Below are positions 15,575-20,774 of a stretch of 20,774 bases of DNA, one piece after another; positions within the stretch are counted from its first letter, which is position 1; each line of letters starts with the position of its first letter. The translations under genes and the position numbers were made by a program. Origin of the DNA: Phycisphaeraceae bacterium (GTDB taxonomy: Bacteria; Planctomycetota; Phycisphaerae; Phycisphaerales; Zrk34); contig JBBDRF010000066.1 in NCBI GenBank assembly GCA_040905565.1, forward strand, positions 1 to 20,774, written 5' to 3'. The notes under the pieces are model-generated. The model did not search any database and had not been told where the DNA came from. It saw only the letters and a program-made list of their open reading frames with translations.

Positions 15575-16654
15575 TCAAACCAGATCCGCGTTCGCACAAT
15601 CCAGCCGTGACGCGATCGAAATCGGATTCATCTGCTTCGAGCCCACGAACGATTCAGGCGAACTCAGCCGCCGCGTGTACGTCGCTGCCTGTCGAAGTTC
15701 ATCGAAGATCGGCCGCCCCCGCACGCTCAACACATCCGCCTCACCGTCGATCTCCTCGAGCACCGCGTTGAACACCATGCGGCAAGACACCCGCTCCTGC
15801 GGCCACACCGCATCCAGCAGCCGCACCCCCCGAATCTGATCGCGCATCCCCCGTCGCTGCGTCGCAATCGAGAACCACCCCTCATCGCCACGCGGCGTCG
15901 TAAATCGGCAGATCTTCGTGTCCGGATCGCGCGCCGGGTATCGCCACCGCAGATAGGCTTCGCTGCGCTCCGTCGTAATCAGATCTTCTCGTCGATGTCG
16001 CTCCGCCGATTCCGCCAGGCGTGCGTAGTCCGTGCATCGTTCAACCCGCCACCCCGTACGGCGCGGCGCGAGCAGTCGTCGCCCCGGTGCCGTGATCGCA
16101 CTCATCACTCGCGCCGCAGGCGTCGGCACCCGCTTCCGCAACAGCATCTCCTGCACCACAGGCTCCGGCCGCAGCACAAAAAAATGCTCGTACTCCGAGT
16201 CCACCACCGCGCAACCCTTCATCTTCCACCACAACGAAGCCAAATTCGGATTACACGAATTCGCATAACAAAAATCAGGTCCCTTCATGTTCAAGTACTT
16301 ACGAAACAGGAAGAATCCCGCCATCCGCTCCGACCGATCCACAAAAAACGCACCCGCCGCAAGCCCCAGCAATCGCTCTTTCTCCGCCAGATACCGCCAC
16401 GGATAAAACAGCAGCGAACCCGTCACTGCCCCCGCACGATTCCGCAGCACCAACCCCGGTCCAATGCCCGGCTCCGCGAACGGCGACTCAAACAACTGCG
16501 ACCGTAGCGCCTTCGCTTGCTCCGTTTCACCCATCCTCGCCGGAGGCTCACTCGCACCCTGTTCCCGCCGAAGCTGCGCCGCTGATGTCGCAATAAACTG
16601 CGCCACCTCTGGGACGTCCGCCTCCGTCAACTCGCGAATATCCATCGGCCTCAT
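15575..16654 (-). CDS. Tandem GNAT-fold protein, putative acyl/aminoacyl transferase
   Basis: GNAT-like start IRELTEADVPEV, motif-A-like FFVDRSERMAG.FL, SCNPNLASLW..G; second domain ERSEAYLRWRY. Start uncertain (16675, 16654 or 16645). Confidence 0.65.
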   Translation of the reverse strand: MRPMDIRELTEADVPEVAQFIATSAAQLRREQGASEPPARMGETEQAKALRSQLFESPFAEPGIGPGLVLRNRAGAVTGSLLFYPWRYLAEKERLLGLAAGAFFVDRSERMAGFFLFRKYLNMKGPDFCYANSCNPNLASLWWKMKGCAVVDSEYEHFFVLRPEPVVQEMLLRKRVPTPAARVMSAITAPGRRLLAPRRTGWRVERCTDYARLAESAERHRREDLITTERSEAYLRWRYPARDPDTKICRFTTPRGDEGWFSIATQRRGMRDQIRGVRLLDAVWPQERVSCRMVFNAVLEEIDGEADVLSVRGRPIFDELRQAATYTRRLSSPESFVGSKQMNPISIASRLDCANADLV

Positions 16655-16671
16655 GCCCCAACCCCCTCTCA

Positions 16672-17145
16672 TCATCGACTTCTGACTTTCTTCCCAGCTT
16701 CGGAAATTCGCATGCGTTTGACCATCCGCACCTGCCGAGGTTGTTCATGAGCCGCCAGCGATCGGCACACTTCCCGCACCGTCCGTTCAAGTTCCCCGTG
16801 ATCCATCCCATCACGCGGGTGGATGTCGCACGCCACCACTTGCCCCACAAGTGACGAACGCTTCCCATAAACCCGCACATCATTCACGCCATCGATTTCC
16901 TGAAGAACCCGCTCCACCTGCGTCGGACTCACCTTGTGCCCGCCCACGTTGATCAGCTCCGTCCGCCGCCCCACGAACACGTACCGGTCAGGAAAAACAA
17001 CCCGCCGACCCGCCCAGTCGCGCAAGCGCGAGCGCCACGCTTCAACATCCGCCAGCAGTTCACCCCAGCTCACCGCCCCCCTCTGCGGGTGAACCACAGC
17101 CGACCGCGACGGATCGATCACCTCCGATCGAACAAGATCAAGCAT
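16672..17145 (-). pseudogene. Internally deleted AMP-dependent (acyl-CoA/adenylate-forming) ligase; open frame of 157 aa
   Basis: N-terminal about 50 aa (SAVVHP...VSWGEL..V) joined in frame to FVGRRTELINVGGHKVSP..VE.VL ... GKKVR (A8 hinge, C-terminal domain, A10 Lys). P-loop TSG(T/S)TG, YGxTE and TGD motifs are absent. SD GGGAGG before ATG 17145. Confidence 0.75.
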
Positions 17146-17162
17146 CGCCCCTCCCACTTTGT

Positions 17163-17414
17163 TCAGGCATCGTCGTAAAGCCGCACCAGGTCCCCGAACG
17201 TCCGCACGCCCGACGGAATCCCCTCAGCGAACGGATCAAATCCGAACTCATCTTCAAGCCGAATAACGACTTCCGCCAGGTCGATCGATTGCAGTCCAAG
17301 CGAACTATCCAGCGGCGCGTCCGCCGGAAGCGCGTGCGGCTTCAGCCCTCGATGCCGATAAACATCGCGAAAGACCTGGCGAATCCGCTCATCCGTTTGC
17401 GTACTTGTGCTCAT
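17163..17414 (-). CDS. Stand-alone acyl carrier protein (phosphopantetheine-binding), variant GLQSID motif
   Basis: 83 aa; SLGLQSIDLAEVVIRLEDEFG...VRTFGDLVRLY matches the ACP pattern, Ser43 being the predicted Ppant site. SD AAGGGGG before ATG 17414. Confidence 0.85.
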   Translation of the reverse strand: MSTSTQTDERIRQVFRDVYRHRGLKPHALPADAPLDSSLGLQSIDLAEVVIRLEDEFGFDPFAEGIPSGVRTFGDLVRLYDDA

Positions 17415-17537
17415 GGTCCCCCCCTTGAAATACCTCCCACGCCCACCAATCTTTATCCGCATCATATTCACGATCAAGCGTGCGTCTTAGAAATCGTGCA
17501 GCTTCGCCCGTGGCGGAATGGAAAGCCGTAACTAGGT

Positions 17538-18362
17538 TCATACAAAGATGATGCGGGCGGGATGGGTGTAAATATTCATGCCCTCGCCGCGCAGAAAGCC
17601 CACCAGCGTCATGTTGCTTTCGTCGGCGAAAGCGACGGCCAGCGAAGACGGTGCCGACACGGCCGCGACGATCGGAACCCCTGCCGCCAGCGCCTTTTGC
17701 ATGATCTCAAATGACGACCGTCCGCTCACCATCATCACGTGCTGCTCAAGCGGCAGCAGGCCCGTAAGTAACGCGTGGCCAAGCACTTTGTCCACCGCGT
17801 TGTGCCGCCCGACATCCTCACGCAGCACCACCATCTCACCGGAAGCGTCGAACAGGGCCGCCGCATGCAGTCCGCCCGTCTGCTCGAACGCCTTTTGAGC
17901 CTCGCGCAGCCGGTCCGGAAACGTCAAAAGCGTCTCCGCAGCGACGGTCGGCCCGACGTTTTTGAGAGGGGGGAAGTTCGCCCAAACGCTTTCTATTGAA
18001 GCCTTTCCGCACACGCCGCAGCTTGATGAGGCGAACACGTGACGCGTCAGCCGGGCCATGTCGACGGCCACGTCGGCGGCGAGAAAAACGTTCAGGATGT
18101 TCCCCTCACCCGCCCGCGCACACGGTTCGATGTGGACGATGTTGCCCGGCTGGTGAATCAGCCCCTCGGTCAGCAGAAAGCCGGCTGCGAGCTCGTCATC
18201 GTGGCCCGGCGTGCGCATGGTGACGCTGATGGATCGGCCTCGCACGCGGATCTCAAGCGGCTCCTCCACCGCCAGGAGATCACGCTTTTTCTCGGGCTTT
18301 TCGCCCCTTCGCCACTGCCAGCGCTCGGTCGCGGTGATCGATGTGTCATCCTGGTGCGCCAT
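17538..18362 (-). CDS. fdhD: Formate dehydrogenase accessory sulfurtransferase FdhD
   Basis: EEPL, TMRTPGHDDELAAGFLLTEG, SSSCGVCG, TGGLHAA, EDVGRHNAVDK, SGRSSFE, SAPSSLA. Confidence 0.97.
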   Translation of the reverse strand: MAHQDDTSITATERWQWRRGEKPEKKRDLLAVEEPLEIRVRGRSISVTMRTPGHDDELAAGFLLTEGLIHQPGNIVHIEPCARAGEGNILNVFLAADVAVDMARLTRHVFASSSCGVCGKASIESVWANFPPLKNVGPTVAAETLLTFPDRLREAQKAFEQTGGLHAAALFDASGEMVVLREDVGRHNAVDKVLGHALLTGLLPLEQHVMMVSGRSSFEIMQKALAAGVPIVAAVSAPSSLAVAFADESNMTLVGFLRGEGMNIYTHPARIIFV

Positions 18363-18374
18363 TGCGTGACCCCC

Positions 18375-20624
18375 TCAAGTTGCGCTCGGCTGGGCGACTT
18401 CTATCCGGACGCGGGCGTTGTAATCCGGCACGCCGCCCGCCTTGTCGACCGGTCCCGTCGGGATGATCACGTTGCCCTCGGGCCAGTGGATTTGGAGGTT
18501 GCCCGGCGCGATCGGCGCGAGGAAGACCCGACCGGCGAATCGGCCGTGTTCATTGGTCAAAACGACCTGGTCGCCGTGCTTAAGATGTTGCTTAGAAGCG
18601 TCTTGCGCGTTCATCAGGATTGCGTCGCGTTGTGCGCCATTAATGGGGTCTATTTCGGCATAAATGAGGGTATTGAATTGCTTGCCTCGACGGGTGGCGA
18701 CGTCGAATTCGCCGGGCTCGCGGGGGGCGGTCCGGGGGAGATCGGGGGTCTGGAAGTGGGCCTTGCCGTCGGCCGTGGCGAACCTGCCGTGCGCGCCGAG
18801 ATGGGGCCCGCCATACTGGAACGCGTCGCCGGTCTGGTGGAGATTCTGGATACCATCGTACATCGGCACGACGCGCGCGATCTCCTCGCGAATCGCCTGC
18901 CCCGTCTCGCAGCCGAGCCGTGGCGCGCGGTCAGGATCGACAGCGTGGGCGAGCTTGAGATAGATCTTCCATTCCGACTCCGCTTCGCCGACCTGCCTTG
19001 GGATTTCGGGGCTGAACATCACGCGTCGTTCGGTGGACGTCTGCGTGCCGCCGCCCTCCTGCTCATAACGGGTGCGCGTGGGGAGCAGAAGCACTTCGCC
19101 GTCCTGGTTGGCGGGGTCGATGAGCATCTGGTCGGTGAGGATGATGTCCTGATGCACGCGCATCGGCACGCGGCTCATGGCGTCGGCGACGTAGTCGGGA
19201 TCGGGGAGTGTGCGGAGGAAGTTGCCGCCTGAGCAGTAGAGCAGATCGAGCGCGCCGCGGCGGCCGGCTTCGACCATTTCGGTGGCGGTGAGGCCGGGTT
19301 TGTCGGGCACATCGAAGCCCCAGTGCTCGGTCATGCGGTCGGCGTTTTCACGGTTGATCGGGAGGCCGCCGGGGAATGCGGTGGCGTACGCGCCCATCTC
19401 CGCGCCGCCTTGGACGCCAGAGTGGCCACGGATGGGCATGAGGCCGTTTTTGTCGCGACCGACGTAGCCGCGCGCGAGGCCGAGGTTCATGATCATGGCC
19501 ACGGCGTCGGCACCGAAGGTGTGTTGCGTGATGCCCATGGACCAGACCAGCACCGCGTTTTTCGCATCGCGGATCAGCTCGGCGAACTCGATCATCTTCG
19601 CTTTGCCCAGGCCCGACTGCGCTTCAAGCTCCTCCCACGAGAGCGAGGCGACATGTTCACGCAGTTGCTCGAAGTCGGCGGTGTGGTTGGCGACGAAGTC
19701 GGCGTTGTGCCAGTTGTTTTCGAGGATGATTTTGAGGGTGCCGTAGAGGAAGGCGATGTCGCCGCCTTTTGAGACGGGGTACCAGTGGTCGGTGATCTTC
19801 GTGCCGAAGACGGCACTGCGCGCGGCGGAGGGCACCCAGTAGCGCTTCATGCCGGGTTCGAGGTAGGGGTTCACTAGGGCGATCTTGGTGCCCTGTTTCT
19901 TGGCCGTGTCCAGGTATTTCATGGTCACGGGCTGATCGTTGGCGGGGTTCGCGCCGAAGAAGACGATGAGGTCGGTGCCGAAGAAATCGGTGTAGGAGCA
20001 GGTGGTGGCGGCGGCGCCGATGGCGTGCTTCATCGCGACGGTTGAGGGGGAATGGCAGAGTCGGGCGGCGTTGTCGATGTTGTTGGTGCCGAGGAAGCGG
20101 GCGACTTTCTGGGCGACGTAGTAGGACTCGTTGGTGATGCCGCGCGAGGTGGTGAAGAAGCCGAGGCGGTCGGGGGTGGAGTGTTTGATGCGGTCGGCGA
20201 TGCGTGCGTAGGCCTGGTCCCATGTGATGCGTGTGAAGCCGGGCTCACCGTGTTTGCGGAGCATGGGGTAGGCGAGGCGGCCGAGCTCGCGCAGCTGTGC
20301 GTTGTCGTATTTTTTGAGATCGGCGACGTCGGCGAGGATGTCGTGATCGAACGCGGGCATGGTGTTCAGGCGGAGCAGGTTCAGGCGTGTCATGCAAAGG
20401 TGGGTGCCCTTGATGGTCCAGTCGTGCAGGCCGGCGACGCCGAGTGCGCAGCCGTCGCAGACGCCTCGGCTGAGGATTTTCCAGGCGTAGGGGAGGTTGT
20501 CGGCGTTCTTGCGGACGACGCTGAACATGTCGCGGAAGTGGTGGGGTTTGCGATGCCCGAGGCCGAAGGGGCTGAGCACCTTGAGCCGATCCGCGAGGGA
20601 GTTGTCGTTGAGGGGATCCGGCAT
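18375..20624 (-). CDS. FdhF/YdeP-family molybdopterin oxidoreductase (formate dehydrogenase alpha-like)
   Basis: KPHH, CDGCALG, SRGITNE, GTNNIDNAARLCHSPS (Cys ligand), WSMGITQH, PIRGHSGVQG, TRRGKQFNT, PDYN; no Tat signal; adjacent to fdhD. ATG 20624 preferred over GTG 20681, which lies in a repeat. Confidence 0.93.
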   Translation of the reverse strand: MPDPLNDNSLADRLKVLSPFGLGHRKPHHFRDMFSVVRKNADNLPYAWKILSRGVCDGCALGVAGLHDWTIKGTHLCMTRLNLLRLNTMPAFDHDILADVADLKKYDNAQLRELGRLAYPMLRKHGEPGFTRITWDQAYARIADRIKHSTPDRLGFFTTSRGITNESYYVAQKVARFLGTNNIDNAARLCHSPSTVAMKHAIGAAATTCSYTDFFGTDLIVFFGANPANDQPVTMKYLDTAKKQGTKIALVNPYLEPGMKRYWVPSAARSAVFGTKITDHWYPVSKGGDIAFLYGTLKIILENNWHNADFVANHTADFEQLREHVASLSWEELEAQSGLGKAKMIEFAELIRDAKNAVLVWSMGITQHTFGADAVAMIMNLGLARGYVGRDKNGLMPIRGHSGVQGGAEMGAYATAFPGGLPINRENADRMTEHWGFDVPDKPGLTATEMVEAGRRGALDLLYCSGGNFLRTLPDPDYVADAMSRVPMRVHQDIILTDQMLIDPANQDGEVLLLPTRTRYEQEGGGTQTSTERRVMFSPEIPRQVGEAESEWKIYLKLAHAVDPDRAPRLGCETGQAIREEIARVVPMYDGIQNLHQTGDAFQYGGPHLGAHGRFATADGKAHFQTPDLPRTAPREPGEFDVATRRGKQFNTLIYAEIDPINGAQRDAILMNAQDASKQHLKHGDQVVLTNEHGRFAGRVFLAPIAPGNLQIHWPEGNVIIPTGPVDKAGGVPDYNARVRIEVAQPSAT

Positions 20625-20631
20625 GAGAGGG

Positions 20632-20637
20632 ATTGTA
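20632..20637 (-). promoter_or_regulatory. -10 box TACAAT for a leaderless transcript of the FdhF/YdeP gene
   Basis: Minus strand reads TACAAT-CCCTCTC-ATG; 7-nt spacing and a pyrimidine-only spacer with no SD. Confidence 0.55.
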
Positions 20638-20658
20638 ACTTGGGAGGTGGGGAAAGAT

Positions 20659-20686
20659 AACCACAGAGGCACAGAGGGCACAGAGG
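20659..20686 (+). repeat. Short tandem repeat AAC-(CACAGAGG)x3
   Basis: CACAGAGG at 20662-20669, 20670-20677 and 20679-20686. Confidence 0.75.
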
Positions 20687-20713
20687 GGGAGGGGAAGAGA
20701 GAGATGTTTTTGT

Positions 20714-20736
20714 GTAGCCGCGACGCTACGCGTCGC
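20714..20736 (+). repeat. GTAG-type REP (GTAG-CC-GCGACGC-TAC-GCGTCGC)
   Basis: GTAG, 2 nt, then a perfect 7-bp stem with a 3-nt loop. The window ends with GCGACG (20769-20774), as expected for the start of an inverted partner copy. Confidence 0.6.
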
Positions 20737-20774
20737 TGGGGGACGAGGGCAAAAGCAGAGGGGAACCTGCGACG

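Noticed and set aside
17454..17481. Possible dif site near the skew switch (TATCCGCATCA-TATTCA-CGATCAAGCGT)
   Set aside because: Only the CGCAT of the XerC arm resembles dif; the normally conserved XerD arm TTATGTTAAAT is absent.
18039..19232. 397-aa plus-strand ORF
   Set aside because: Antisense to fdhD and the FdhF/YdeP gene, both strongly supported.
20040..20080. Selenocysteine/SECIS in the formate dehydrogenase-like gene
   Set aside because: The ligand codon is Cys (RLCHS) and there is no in-frame TGA.
20625..20681. Longer start for the FdhF/YdeP gene at GTG 20681
   Set aside because: Lies within the CACAGAGG repeat and upstream of the -10 box.
20659..20774. CRISPR array or IS end at the right edge
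   Set aside because: Repeats are 8-nt tandem units without spacers; no cas or transposase gene in the window.

Overview
GC-rich bacterial DNA, probably from a planctomycete (Phycisphaerae-like); this is inferred from the HTH_17-REC regulator type, the permease-DtxR fusions and the membrane-anchored peptide-binding protein. From left to right: (1) a membrane-anchored TPR-like hypothetical protein flanked by REP-like hairpins; (2) a fully cytoplasmic three-gene signalling operon (HTH-REC regulator, HDOD-histidine kinase, REC-coiled coil-GAF protein) behind a sigma28/FliA-like promoter; (3) a minus-strand troABCD-type Mn/Fe/Zn ABC operon in which both permeases carry C-terminal DtxR/MntR domains, with a DtxR-type palindrome over its sigma70 promoter; (4) a divergent peptide ABC cluster oppC-oppA-oppB-oppC with no ATPase genes; (5) a cassette of acyl carrier protein, internally deleted AMP-dependent ligase and tandem GNAT-like protein; (6) fdhD and an apparently leaderless FdhF/YdeP molybdoenzyme gene, followed by a CACAGAGG repeat and another REP-like hairpin. 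Strand G/C skew appears to flip near 18 kb. No rRNA, tRNA, CRISPR array or transposase was seen. All calls are by motif inspection; no database searches were run.
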